Positions 20,146 through 30,782 of a stretch of 64,000 nucleotides of DNA are shown piece after piece; within the stretch, counting starts at the first letter, position 1, and every line of letters begins with the position of its first letter. Both the position numbers and the translations under genes were made by a program. The stretch is taken from assembly GCA_963803435.1 (NCBI GenBank), contig CAWDML010000004.1, positions 263,413 to 327,412 on the forward strand, given 5' to 3'. Under the pieces are notes generated by a model. It saw only the letters and a program-made list of their open reading frames with translations. It was not told the origin of the DNA and made no database searches. This DNA is from an uncultured delta proteobacterium (lineage in GTDB: Bacteria; Myxococcota; Kuafuiibacteriia; Kuafuiibacteriales; Kuafuiibacteriaceae).

Positions 20146-21093
20146 GGGCGCTCCTCCAGCGCGTCGACGATCCTGGACGCGATGAAGAGCTCGGTCTTCT
20201 CGGTCGACTCGACGGTCTTGCCGCCGATATGGGGGACAATGACGAGGTTGTCGTGGTCCGCGCGTACTTTAGCAGTGGATCGTCCCGGACGACGTTCGGC
20301 TCGCTCGCAAGCACGTCGAGGGCCGCACCTCGGATCCGTCCCTCCTCCAGGGCCCTCAGGAGCGCGGGCTCCTCCAGGATCGGTCCACGAGAGGTGTTGA
20401 CCAGGATCGCGTCGCGCTTCATCGCGGCAAGCTCCCGCGCGGCGATCATCCCGCGCGTCGAGACGTCCAAGGGGACGTGAATGCTGACGAGGTCGGACTC
20501 CCGCAGCAGCGCCTCCAGCGAAGGGACCCGCTCCACCCCGCTCGGAAAGTCGTCGCGCAGATCGTAGCCGAGCACACTCACGTCGAAGGCCTGCAAGTAA
20601 CGCGCGACGATCCCGCCCAGGCGTCCCACACCGACGAGGCCCGCAGTCTTCCCGTGGAGCTCGCGTCCGACGAAGAGGTCGCGGTTCCAGACACCTTCGG
20701 CCGCGGATCGGAGGCGGTCGGAATCCGACGGAGAAGAGCCAGCATCAGGCCGATGGTGAGCTCCGCGGTCGCGCGCACGTCGCGGAGGAACTCCACCTCG
20801 CCTTTGAGGCTCACCACGCGAATGCTGCGACGTGGACAAGCGTCGAGATCGATGTGGTCGAGACCGGTGGTCGCAGTGGCGAGAATGCGACATCGCGGAG
20901 ACGCACCCAAGAGGTGGCCGTCGATCCGCTCTCGCAACCGACCCATACCGCGTCGTGCGCCTTGAAGGCTTCGTGCAGAGCGAGACCGCCCGTGTCCACC
21001 AGGTGAACGTCTCCAACGCTTTCGAGGAGGGCACGCGCGGCCCCGAGAAAACATCTCGGGCTCGGCGACGAGGATACTGAGACGGTGAGCCAT
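20142..21093 (-). CDS. D-isomer-specific 2-hydroxyacid dehydrogenase (SerA-like), frameshifted
   Basis: TATTGLDHID, ATAELTIGLML, ELHGKTAGLVGVGRLG, SIHVPL, LVNTSRG, ALDVLASEP, spread over several frames. Confidence 0.8.
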
Positions 21094-21099
21094 GCCCCG

Positions 21100-22308
21100 A
21101 CCGCTCAGCCTCCTCGGGATACGAGAGCCGCTTTTGAACGTATGGGCGCAGGGTCACCAGCGCGTCCGCGATCCTCGGGCCGAATGGCCGTCGCCGTAAA
21201 GAGTGCTGGCAGCATAGCGTCCGTGCTCGAGTTGCCTTCGGATAGCTCTCCGCGATCGCGTTGCTCAGGGACCACGCGGTCCACGTGGACGTCCGTCTCC
21301 CGAGCAGTTCTGGCGATTGCCGACCAGGACGACCGGCGTGCCGAAGAAGCTGGCGTCGCGGACGAAGCTGCTGGAGTTGCCGACGGCGCAGGCCGCATTC
21401 GCAAGGACTTTGAGATAGTGCTCGGGCGCCAGGTTGGTCAGCGTCCGAAGCCAGACCGCGTCGCAGCTCGGTCCGAAAGATGCGGATCGACTTGCTGATG
21501 TGGTCGGAACCCGCGTCGATGTTGGGCCACAGCAGCAGCGTCGGCATCGCGAGCTCGTCGAGCGCGCCGAGGCAGCGCTTCGCATCTGTCGCCCTCTCGC
21601 CGCCGAACTCCGTCGTGGTCGGATGAAACACGCACCAGCAGGAACGGCTTCGTGACGTCGATCGTCGCCCCGGATCCTCGCGCGTTGACAATCTTCCTGG
21701 GACATGGATCGATCGAACGTTCGAGCCATGTCGCTGCTCGGGCAACCGATGCCCGAGAATCGTGTCCGGCCGTTCGCCCATGCGAACAGATGTACGTCCG
21801 CGATCGTTCGGTCGACGGGAAAATGGAAGTGGGCGAACTTCGTGATCGCGTGCCGTGCACTCTCGTCGATCGAGCCGCTGACTTCTCCGCCCTGCACATG
21901 CACGATCGTGATGTTCATGTACGCGGCCGCGATGGCCGCCGCCGAACGCCTCGTAGCGATCGCCGATGAGCAGGACAACGTCCGGGCTGGAGCCGCTGGA
22001 ACTCGCTCGCGAACTCGATGACGGCGAACCCGACGCGACTTGGCCATCGTGATCGGCTTGCGAACCCTCGAGCTCGATGTAAGATCTCGCCGTCGACCCG
22101 AAACCCGTCGGCGCTCGACAACGCGCGCCGGCTTGTCGAACCGCTCCAGCACCATGGTGCCAGCCGTCACGACCTGGAGCTCGAGCTGCGGCTGCTCTCG
22201 AATCGCCTTCATGACCGGTTTCAGCCGACCGTAGTTGGCGCGATCGACCAGGACCACGCACACTCTTCTCTTCTCGTTCGGGGCCAAGACCGCCTCGGTA
22301 TTCAACAA
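21100..22308 (-). CDS. neuC: Hydrolysing UDP-GlcNAc 2-epimerase, heavily frameshifted (ends approximate)
   Basis: DRANYGRL, GDRYEA, HVQGGEVSGSIDESARHAITKFAHFHF, WPNIDAG, VGNSSS, VLVGNRQ. Confidence 0.82.
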
Positions 22309-22457
22309 CTTCCCGGACAGTCAAGGGTGCCTCGACCGGCCCGGGAGATTCATTCGCGCGCCCCGCGCCAGCCCGTTGGCAGAAACTCGTTGCTCACCCC
22401 GACTGAACGCGTTACCGCGGGTGGGGCACACTACATCGGCCCCATTTGGACCGACCG

Positions 22458-24205
22458 ATGAAACCGCTGATTCTCGCCCTTCACTCGGGCCACAACGCGA
22501 GCGCCGTCATCGGCGACGCTTCGGGCATCCTCTTCGCGATTCAGGAAGAGCGACTGAACGGAGAGAAGAACTTTTGGGGCTTTCCAAGGCGGTCGATCCT
22601 GCGTGCCTCGAGGCTGTGCAGGCGGGGCCGGCCGATCTGGCGTGCATCGCCTACGCGGGACAGCAGGTCATGTCCCGATACCACATCGCGCGACGACGTG
22701 CTCAATGCGTATCGCCGGCAGAGCACGGTGGCGGGAAAGCTGCGGCACAGCGAGTGGCGATGCCGCTCTTGGTGGCGCTGCGACCGAAGCACGGACAATC
22801 GGCGCTGAGCCGGAATCTCTCCGAAGGTCGGGCTGGGCAACGTCCGGTCGACCACCACGACCACCACCTCGTCACACGCGGCAACCGCCTACTACGGCCT
22901 GCGGAGGTCGACCTCTGCCGGCATACCGTCCTGACGTGCGACGGCGCCGGCGATGGCGTCTGCGCGACTGTCTGCATGAATTCGGTCGTGACGGAGATGC
23001 GGGAGCTCCGGCGCGACCCATGGGAAGATTCGCTGGGCGCGCTCTACTCTTGGGTGACCTTCGTGCTCGGCTTCGTCCCGCTCGAACACGAGTACAAGCT
23101 GATGGGCATGGCGCCCTACGCTTCCTGCGAGCGCGGCCGAGAAGGCGGCCGAGATGTTCGAATCGCTACCTCGGGCTTCGCGAGTGACGGCCTCTCTTCC
23201 AGCGGCATGACCCCGCAGCGGACCAACGATCTCGGTGATCGGATCTTCGCCGACATGCGCGGAAAGCGGTTCGACCACATCTGCGCCGGGCTTGCAGAGG
23301 TTCACCGAGGATCTCCTCCTGCCAATGGACGGAGAACGCGGTCGCAGCCACGGGCATCACAGCGCGTACTGGCCGCCGGCGGCGTGTTCATGAACGTCAA
23401 GGCGAACAAGCGGATCGCCGAGGCGCCGAAGGTCGACGTCGTTCGAGGCCTTCCCGTCATGCGGCGACGAAACGATCCCGTTGGGTGCCTTTTGGCTGGA
23501 GGCGGCCAAGCGGTCGGGGAACGATTCGTCGGCGCCGCTCTCGCACTTCTATCTCGGCGACGATCTCGACCCGGAGGCGACGGAGCGAGGCGGTGCGGAC
23601 GTCGGGCTTCGAAGTATCGAGCGGCCAGAGCGACATGGCCGAGGGGCCGTCGCGGGCCTGCTCGCCGCCGGGCATCCGGTGGCGCGGTGCTGCGGGGCGG
23701 ATGGAGTTCGGCGCCCGTGCCCTCGGCAATCGGTCGATTCTCGCCGATCCGTCGAACCCGGACGTCGTCCGCGTCATCAACCAGATGGTCAAGAAGCGAG
23801 ACTTTTGGATGCCCTTTGCGCCGATGATCCTGGATGAACTCGCAGGAGCGAGTACATCTCCACAACCCGAAGCAGCTACGCAGCCCGTACATGATGATGA
23901 CGTTCGATACGCCGCGAGAACTTCCGCGAGCTGATCGCCGCGGTTCACAACGCGGACCTAACGTGCCGGGCCCAAATCCTCGCCGAGCACCAGAACCCGG
24001 AGATGCACGCGATCATGCCGACGCGTTCCGGCGAGCAGCACGGGTCGAGGCGTGGTTCTCAACACCTCGTTCAATTTGCACGGGCTCCCCATCGTTCGCA
24101 CGGCCGAAGGACGCGCTGCTATGTCCTTCAGAACTCGGGTCTGGAGCACCTCCAGCTGGGATGCTTTCCTACTCAGCAAAGCAACGCGTGAGGGAGGGCG
24201 CGTGA
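22458..24205 (+). CDS. O-carbamoyltransferase (NodU/CmcH/TobZ family), frameshifted
   Basis: HSGHNASA, QEERL, DHH..H, DGAGD, SLGALY, EYKLMGMAPY, AGGVFMNVKAN, MEFGARALGNRSILADP, KKRDFWMPFAP, LNTSFNLHG. Confidence 0.88.
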
Positions 24206-25352
24206 GCTCCGAGCTCGGCTTCATACCGGGCGGCCATTCTTCGAGGGCGCGGGCCTGTGGACGGATGCTGGCACGGGCCGCCTCCTCGAGCGCCCTCCAG
24301 CGAGCGACTCGGTCGTGTGGCCTCTGCATGAGCCGCGAGCAGCGCGTCCGACCGACGACCACCTCCTCGCGATCCACGGGGCAGATCTCGTGGAGCTGCC
24401 GACATGCCCAGCTATCCGCCGGCGGTCCCTACGCGCCGCGTGCATGCGCGCCACCGGCGAGGTCGACGGCGTTGGATGCCGTGGTCATCCAGCTTCCCTT
24501 CCAGACGCCTGCGGCATTGGTGCGGCCGAACGGCCGCGGGTCTACCATCTATGCGCCGACGTGAAGTCGCTTGTCGAGCTCGACCGGTATCCGGGAGCCT
24601 CGCGGATCCCGGCGTAATGGTCGTCGCCGAGGCGATCGATCGGATCCAGCGAAAGCTCGTCGGCAGGAGGAGCGCGCTGTCGTCGACCAACGGCGCGGTC
24701 TTTTTGCAGTCGTACGGCCAACGAACGGGCAAGCCGTCGTGTCGGCGACCATCCGATGCCATGAGATCTGAGTCGGTGCGGAGGCGCCGGCCGCCGAGCG
24801 CCGCATTCCGTATCCTGTTCGTCGGGCTGCTGCGGCCGGAGAAGGGCGTCGACGTGCTCCTCGACGCCTATGAGTAGGGTGCGTGGGACCTCCCCGACGC
24901 GAGCTACGCCGTCGGCTCCGCAACCGCTCGTCGATCGAGGTCTTGATGCGATCGAGCGGCGTGATGAAGGCGCTGCAGCGACCGACACGGTTCATCTCGT
25001 CCGGTGCGAAGGCCTTCGGGCCCGAGCTCTTCCATGCTTCGCCGACGCCGACGTCCTCTGGTTCCGAGCCGCGCGAAGGGCACTCCGCGGGTCTCGTAGA
25101 GGCGCGCGGCGTTCGATGCGCGGTGGTGGCGACTCGGGTTGGCGGCATACCTACCTCCGTCATGCACGAGGCGGACGGTCTGCTCGTGCGCCGGAGGACC
25201 CCGAAGCGCTCGCCGCGGCGATGGTTCGGATCGCGCGCGACGATGCGCTCAGGCAGCGCCTCACAACAGGTGGAATCGCTCGGGCTCGGCGGTCGACCGT
25301 CGATGCCTTTGCCACGGTTATCGCAGAGGAGGTCTTGCTCGCTCTCGGATAG
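24202..25352 (+). CDS. Glycosyltransferase family 4, frameshifted
   Basis: ILFVGLLRPEKGVDVLL, EG....LVEA.....VVATRVGGIP, PEDPEALA. Confidence 0.7.
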
Positions 25353-26571
25353 CGACGTCGAACACCTGCTCCAGATCGGAGGCATACCAATCGCGCGAGT
25401 AGCGCTCGACGGCGCTCCTCCTTCCGTTCTCCCCCATGGTCCGGCGCAGCTCGGTGTCTCGCGCCAGCCTCTGAACGGCGTTCGCCATCGACTCGGGATC
25501 GTCGGGCAGGTGCGCGATTCCAGCTCCGGCGGTCTCGATGATCCGGCGCGCGTCTCCGGCGACTCCCAGCACGACCGGTCGAGTCGCCGACATGAACTCG
25601 AACATCTTCGAAGGGAGCGTGATCTCGAAGAGCCGCATCTTGCGCAGCGGGACCAGGCCGATATCGCAGGCATCCACGAGACCCGGCATTCTGTCGAACG
25701 GCTCAGGATCGAGGAAATCGACGTTCGGCGTCCCGAGCTCGCGGGCCTTCGCGACCACCGCGGTCTTGTCGGCGCCGTCGCCCACCAAGACGAATCGTAG
25801 GTTCGCGACGTCCCGGAGACGGTGCGCGGCTTCGACGACGACGGAGAGGTTTTGCGAGAGGCCATGCGTGCCGTGATAGAGCGCGACGATCTCGTGGTCG
25901 CGCCACCCGCGCTCCCTTCGGACCTGGGACCGGCGGTCCGGATTCAGCGTGAAGCGATCGGTATCCACGCTGTTTGGCAGATACGCGAGCTGCGCCCGCG
26001 GAATGCCGTAGCCGGCCAGCTTGTCGAGACACCCTTCTGCCGTGACGATGACGGTCGAGCGCCGCTCGATCTCCTGCGAGATCCGTAGGAAGGCGTCGCC
26101 GATGGGCCCGGCTGGCAGGACGCCCATCTCCAGTGCGCCCTCGACGAAGAGATCACCCGCGTTGAGGACGTGCGGCACGCCTCTTAGCCGGGCGAGGAGC
26201 ACGCCCGAGAAGGAGGTGAAGAGCGGGGGATACTCGGTCATCACCAGGTCGAAATCGCCCAGCTGGGGAAGGGCGGTCCAGCAGGAGACCGTGAGCGAGA
26301 GGTGGTTGAGCAGTCGCTTGACGGTTCCGGCGTTCCTCGCGGCATAGGTGGCCGTGCGGAAGATCCGCGCTCCCTCCCGGTCTTCGCGCATGAAGAGGCG
26401 GTGCGCGTAGCCGGTCTTGATGACGCCGTCCGGATAGTTGGGAAATCCGGTCAGCACGGTCACGCGGTGTCCCTTGCGGATGAACCGCTTGATCCATTCC
26501 GCGTGAATGACCTGCGGAGCGCCGACCTCCGGCCAGAAGTAGTGCGTGAGCAGCAAGACGTGCATCGTCAT
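25318..26571 (-). CDS. Glycosyltransferase family 4 (WbuB-like)
   Basis: LTHYFWPE, VLTGFPNYPDG, YHGTHGLSQNL, PSKMFEFM. Confidence 0.9.
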   Translation of the reverse strand: MTMHVLLLTHYFWPEVGAPQVIHAEWIKRFIRKGHRVTVLTGFPNYPDGVIKTGYAHRLFMREDREGARIFRTATYAARNAGTVKRLLNHLSLTVSCWTALPQLGDFDLVMTEYPPLFTSFSGVLLARLRGVPHVLNAGDLFVEGALEMGVLPAGPIGDAFLRISQEIERRSTVIVTAEGCLDKLAGYGIPRAQLAYLPNSVDTDRFTLNPDRRSQVRRERGWRDHEIVALYHGTHGLSQNLSVVVEAAHRLRDVANLRFVLVGDGADKTAVVAKARELGTPNVDFLDPEPFDRMPGLVDACDIGLVPLRKMRLFEITLPSKMFEFMSATRPVVLGVAGDARRIIETAGAGIAHLPDDPESMANAVQRLARDTELRRTMGENGRRSAVERYSRDWYASDLEQVFDVAIRERARPPLR

Positions 26572-27669
26572 CCCAGGGCGGTGGCGAGCAGATCGGCGAT
26601 CCGCTCTCCGGCTCGGCCGTCACCGAAGACGGTGCTCGGTGAGGCCATCGCTCGATAGCCGCTCGCATCGTGGCATAGACGGCTGACCTCGGCGACGACG
26701 CGATCGGCGTCGGTGCCGACCAGGAGGCCGGTGCCGGCCTTGAGGCCCTCGGGACGCTCGGTGTCCTCCCGGAGCACCAGGAAGGGTACACCGAGCGCGG
26801 TGGCCTCCTCCTGGATGCCTCCCGAGTCGGTCAGAACCATCCAGGCGGATCGCAGCACGTGCACGAAGTCTCGGTAAGGGAGAGGCTCTGTCTTCCTGAG
26901 AGACGGGCCTTCCGCGATCTCGCGATCCATTCGATCGCGAACGTTCGGGTTGGGGTGGAGCAGCACAAGGAAGTCCAGATCGAGGGCTGAGCCCACGAGC
27001 GTCCGGATGGCGCGGCAGATGGCGGTCACGCCGCTTTCGAAGTTCTCGCGTCGATGGCAGGTGACGACGATCCGCCTCTTTCCCTCCGGCACCGGATAAT
27101 CGCGACGCGGCGGAAGCTCGCGCAGCACGTGGTGGAGCGCGTCCACGACGGTGTTGCCCGTGACGTGGATGCGGTGCTCCGGGACGCCCGACTTGATCAA
27201 GTTCGCCGCGGAGTCCTCCGTGGGTGTGAAGCAGAAGTCAGCGAAGACGTCGACGCAGGCTCGATGCATCTCCTCGGGGAACGGCTGCTCGAAGTTCCAG
27301 GTGCGAAGCCCCGCCTCGACATGGGCCACCGGGACCCGCGCGTAGAAGGCAGCCAGGGAGGCAGCGAGCACCGTCGTAGTATCGCCCTCGACGATGACCA
27401 CGTTCGGCTGCTCGAGGCTGATCTCCCGCGCCATGGCGAGCACGAGCCCCGACAGCATCTCCGCGAGCGAGAAGCCCTCGATCGGGCGCTCCACGAATCG
27501 ATCGGGCTGCCACTCCACCGACTCGAAGCTCTGCTCGAGAAGAGGGCCTTGCTGGCGCAGGGCGAGGGTGATGGGACGGATGTTGGTGCGCTCGCGCAGC
27601 GCACGCTCGACCGGCAAAAGCTTGATCACCTCCGGACGAGTGCCGGCACAGAATCAGCGCTTTCCTCAT
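26568..27669 (-). CDS. wecB: Non-hydrolysing UDP-GlcNAc 2-epimerase (frameshift near the 5' end)
   Basis: GTRPE.IKL, GDTTT, HVEAGLRT, PFPEE, VTGNTVVDAL, HRREN, TDSGGIQEEA, TERPEG. Confidence 0.9.
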
Positions 27670-28268
27670 CGCGACTTCTCGAGCGTGAGCACGGAGCCTT
27701 CCCGGACCCCAACACGCCATCCGCTCTTCTCGTACATCGTGAGCGCGGCTTGGTTGTTTGCGTAGACCTGAAGCATCAGACGCGGAAAGCCGCGCCCGAA
27801 GACCAGCTCCTCGAAGCGCCGGAGCAGCTGCTTTCCGATGCCCTTGCCGCGGGCGAACGGCGCAGTGCCGATCCCCACCAGATCGAAGGTCTCGGCTCCA
27901 TAGGCGTCACCCGGTCCGGCCACGCCGAACAAGGCGCGCGTCCGCACTCGAATCTGGGCGACGAAGTTGGTGTGGCGCAGCACGACGAAGGGGTGCGTCA
28001 CGACTGCGTAGGCGATCTCGGGAAAGAGCTCTCGCGTGATGCGCGGGCTGTATCCGTGCGGTGCTCCCAGCACATAGCCGGCAAGCTGCCCGTTCAGCAG
28101 GCAGACGACGCTCGAGGCTTCCGGATACGTCGAGAACCATCGGAAGAAGGCTCGAAGATATCGATCGCCGAGCGATGCACCCATCGATCCCGAGAATACC
28201 TGCGGGTGAAGACGTGCCAGCGCCTCCACGTCTCCCGTCTCGAAGCTTCGATAGACCGGCCCGGTCAT
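27666..28268 (-). CDS. GNAT N-acyltransferase
   Basis: Acyl-CoA binding motif ARGKGIGKQLL and NQAALTMYEKSGW. Confidence 0.85.
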   Translation of the reverse strand: MTGPVYRSFETGDVEALARLHPQVFSGSMGASLGDRYLRAFFRWFSTYPEASSVVCLLNGQLAGYVLGAPHGYSPRITRELFPEIAYAVVTHPFVVLRHTNFVAQIRVRTRALFGVAGPGDAYGAETFDLVGIGTAPFARGKGIGKQLLRRFEELVFGRGFPRLMLQVYANNQAALTMYEKSGWRVGVREGSVLTLEKSR

Positions 28269-28951
28269 CCGCTTCGCTCCGCTCTGCGAACCGTGCTCTC
28301 GACCTCCTCGGGTGTCGGTTGGTGGGCCGCGCGACGCGCGAGAATCGCCAGCGCGGTCTGCGCCAGCAGGGTCAGGTCGGTGACCGGAGTCCGTTGCTGG
28401 AGATATTCGAGATGGCTGAGGAGCTTGTAGCGCATGAGCGTATCGACGTAAAAGCGCTCGCGGCGCTCGGGCTCCACGCCGGCCATCACCGCTTCCTCGT
28501 CTCTGAGGTGGACGGCCATCGGGCTCGTGATCCCAGGACGCACTTGCAGCACGGCTGCCCAGAGCGGATCGCCGAGATCGACGTAACGGGGGACCTCGGG
28601 TCTGGGACCGACCAACGCCATCGTGCCGTTCAGGACGTTCCAAAGCTCGGGGAGCTCGTCCAGCTTCGTCTTCCTCAGGACCGCGCCCACGGCCGTCACG
28701 CGCCGGTCACCCGTCGCGGTGACCTGCGCACCGTCGCGATCGATGAGCATCGTGCGAAACTTGTAGAGCGTGAACGGCTTTCCCCGCCGGCCGATCCGCT
28801 CCTGGCGAAAGAGGATCGGGCCCGCCGACGAGAGCCTGACGGCGGCTGCGCACGCGAAGAAGAGGGGAGCCGAGACCGCGAGCCCGAGGAGCGCCATTCC
28901 GGCTTGCACCGGCTGGGGAAGGCCTCGGCGAATGTGCGGCTCGGGGGGCAT
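28265..28951 (-). CDS. Priming (monotopic) phosphoglycosyltransferase, PglC-like
   Basis: GPILFRQERIG, YKFRTM, LRKTKLDELPELWNVLNG, LVGPRPE, VRPGIT. Confidence 0.92.
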   Translation of the reverse strand: MPPEPHIRRGLPQPVQAGMALLGLAVSAPLFFACAAAVRLSSAGPILFRQERIGRRGKPFTLYKFRTMLIDRDGAQVTATGDRRVTAVGAVLRKTKLDELPELWNVLNGTMALVGPRPEVPRYVDLGDPLWAAVLQVRPGITSPMAVHLRDEEAVMAGVEPERRERFYVDTLMRYKLLSHLEYLQQRTPVTDLTLLAQTALAILARRAAHQPTPEEVESTVRRAERSG

Positions 28952-28953
28952 GC

Positions 28954-29988
28954 CTAGTCGAGCGCCTCGTCGGTGATCTGTTCGTTTGCCTCGACGGCGC
29001 GCTTGAGCCTCCGCCCGATCACGTCGTCGAGACGGCTCGCCGGCAAGCCGGTGCCGGGCTTCTTGAGCGCCAGGTCGGCCTCCTCGAGGCGGTGTCCGCT
29101 CTCGAGCCGCCGCACCGCCACGATGCTCTTGGTGAATAGGCGCCGGAGCTCGCCCAGATCGTCCGCCATCTGCTCTTTGTCGATCGGATGTGTGAGGGCC
29201 TGGTGGAGGAATCGAACGCCGTCGACGAGCTGCCCGAGCTCACGGGTCGTGATCGAGGCCGGCGTATCGGGTCCGAAACACTCCTTGGAAAACGCGACGT
29301 GCACCTCGACCAGATCGGCCCCCAGCGCGCAGGCGGCAATCCCGCTGTAGATGACGCCGGAGTGATCCGATAGCCCCGTCGGACAGCGATATCTCTGGCG
29401 GAGCTCCTCCATCACGTTGAATCCGATCTTCTCCGGCGGGCAGGGATATGCAGTGGTGCACTGGAGGACCGCGACCTCGGCCCCGGCGGCGCGGATCGTC
29501 TCCACGGCGGCATCGAGCTCGCTCCACTTCGACATTCCGCTCGAGAGGATGACGGGACCGGTCTGCGCCATTCGGCGGAGCATCGGGTGGTTCGTGACCT
29601 CGCCCGCGCCGACCTTCCAAGCCGGGACGCCGAGCGCTTCGAGGAGCTCGACCGCAGGCATCGAGAAGGCGGAGGAGAGAAAGACGAGACCCTTCTCCTT
29701 CGCGTGCGCGGCGAGCCCGGCCCACTGCGGGCGGGTGAACTCCATCCGCTTCCAGTAGTCGTAGCGGCTCGCGTCCTGCTTGGAGAACTGGACCCGAAAA
29801 GGCTCCGAGGGCGTCGATTCGGCCTCGGCGATGTGGGTCTGAAACTTGACGGCGTCGGCGCCGGCCCGGGCGACCGCGTCGATGTACGCGTGCGCCGTGC
29901 CCAGGCTCCCGTCGTGAGCTTGGCCGATCTCGGCGACCACCCGACAGGGCGCGCCGCCACCGACGTTCAGGTCTCCGAGCTCGAACAT
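28954..29988 (-). CDS. neuB: Nonulosonic acid (N-acylneuraminate-type) synthase
   Basis: AEIGQAHDGS, ADAVKFQ, LQCTTAYP, GLSDHS, C-terminal SAF domain KKPGTG. Confidence 0.93.
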   Translation of the reverse strand: MFELGDLNVGGGAPCRVVAEIGQAHDGSLGTAHAYIDAVARAGADAVKFQTHIAEAESTPSEPFRVQFSKQDASRYDYWKRMEFTRPQWAGLAAHAKEKGLVFLSSAFSMPAVELLEALGVPAWKVGAGEVTNHPMLRRMAQTGPVILSSGMSKWSELDAAVETIRAAGAEVAVLQCTTAYPCPPEKIGFNVMEELRQRYRCPTGLSDHSGVIYSGIAACALGADLVEVHVAFSKECFGPDTPASITTRELGQLVDGVRFLHQALTHPIDKEQMADDLGELRRLFTKSIVAVRRLESGHRLEEADLALKKPGTGLPASRLDDVIGRRLKRAVEANEQITDEALD

Positions 29989-30782
29989 TGAGGACCTCTC
30001 CAGGGTTGATGTGGCTCGAACGTATCGGAGTCGCCCATCTCGACGTACCATCGCGAGAACTCAGCGAGATCCTCAGGCAAACCCGGCGCCAACGGAACGA
30101 GTACCAACGGTTGAGACCACTCGCCCGTGGGCTCGACGAGATGCTCCTCCGGTCGCCACAGATTCAATCGGGGCGCGCCGAGGGTGTTCGCCTCCACCCG
30201 CGGGAAGTCGCGGGTCTTGAGGAGCTGGTGGTAGGTCGCCCCGTCCTTCTCATAAGGCTTCACGTAGATCCGCGCGTCGTGCCCGAACTTCCAGCGATAC
30301 CACGCGTCGCCGTACTCGAAGTGGTAGCGGTGTCGGTGGGGCTCGAGCTCGATCGCTTCGGTGTCCGAGAACCCCAGGTAGCCCAGGATCCGCCAGCGCA
30401 AGAAGCGCTCGGCCACCTTGGCGAACCTCGCGTTGGCGAAGCCGACCAGCAGGCGAGCCCCCGTCCTTCGCGCCTCGCCCTCCGACGCCCGCGCGAGCTC
30501 CACCAGCGTGTTCCCGCGCCGGTGAGATTGGCGGACCAGCACCTGAAGAATTAGCCCGGCCGGGATCCCGGAGATCCGGATCGGGAGCACGCCGAAGTGG
30601 GCGACCGGTCGGCGCGCGGCCGTGTCGACGGCGATCATCGAGATCGGGGGACCTTCCGGGTAGTCGCGATAGTAATGGCGATACTTCCCGAGGGACCAGC
30701 CGTGCTCGGCCCAGTGCTCGGCGAGCATGTCGACGACCGCCGGAGCGTCCGCATCGGTGGCTCGCCTGATCTCGATGCTCAT
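29967..30782 (-). CDS. GNAT-fold acyltransferase (joined to the asnB-like ORF in the track only through a frameshift)
   Basis: Own ATG overlapping the asnB-like stop (ATGA). IRRAT..D, VLVRQSHRRG, LVGFANA. Confidence 0.72.
   Translation of the reverse strand: MSIEIRRATDADAPAVVDMLAEHWAEHGWSLGKYRHYYRDYPEGPPISMIAVDTAARRPVAHFGVLPIRISGIPAGLILQVLVRQSHRRGNTLVELARASEGEARRTGARLLVGFANARFAKVAERFLRWRILGYLGFSDTEAIELEPHRHRYHFEYGDAWYRWKFGHDARIYVKPYEKDGATYHQLLKTRDFPRVEANTLGAPRLNLWRPEEHLVEPTGEWSQPLVLVPLAPGLPEDLAEFSRWYVEMGDSDTFEPHQPWRGPQCSSSET

Noticed and set aside
19328-22324. 998-aa ORF as a real multidomain protein
   Set aside because: It is a patchwork of in-frame fragments of neuC and the dehydrogenase with off-frame text, produced by indels.
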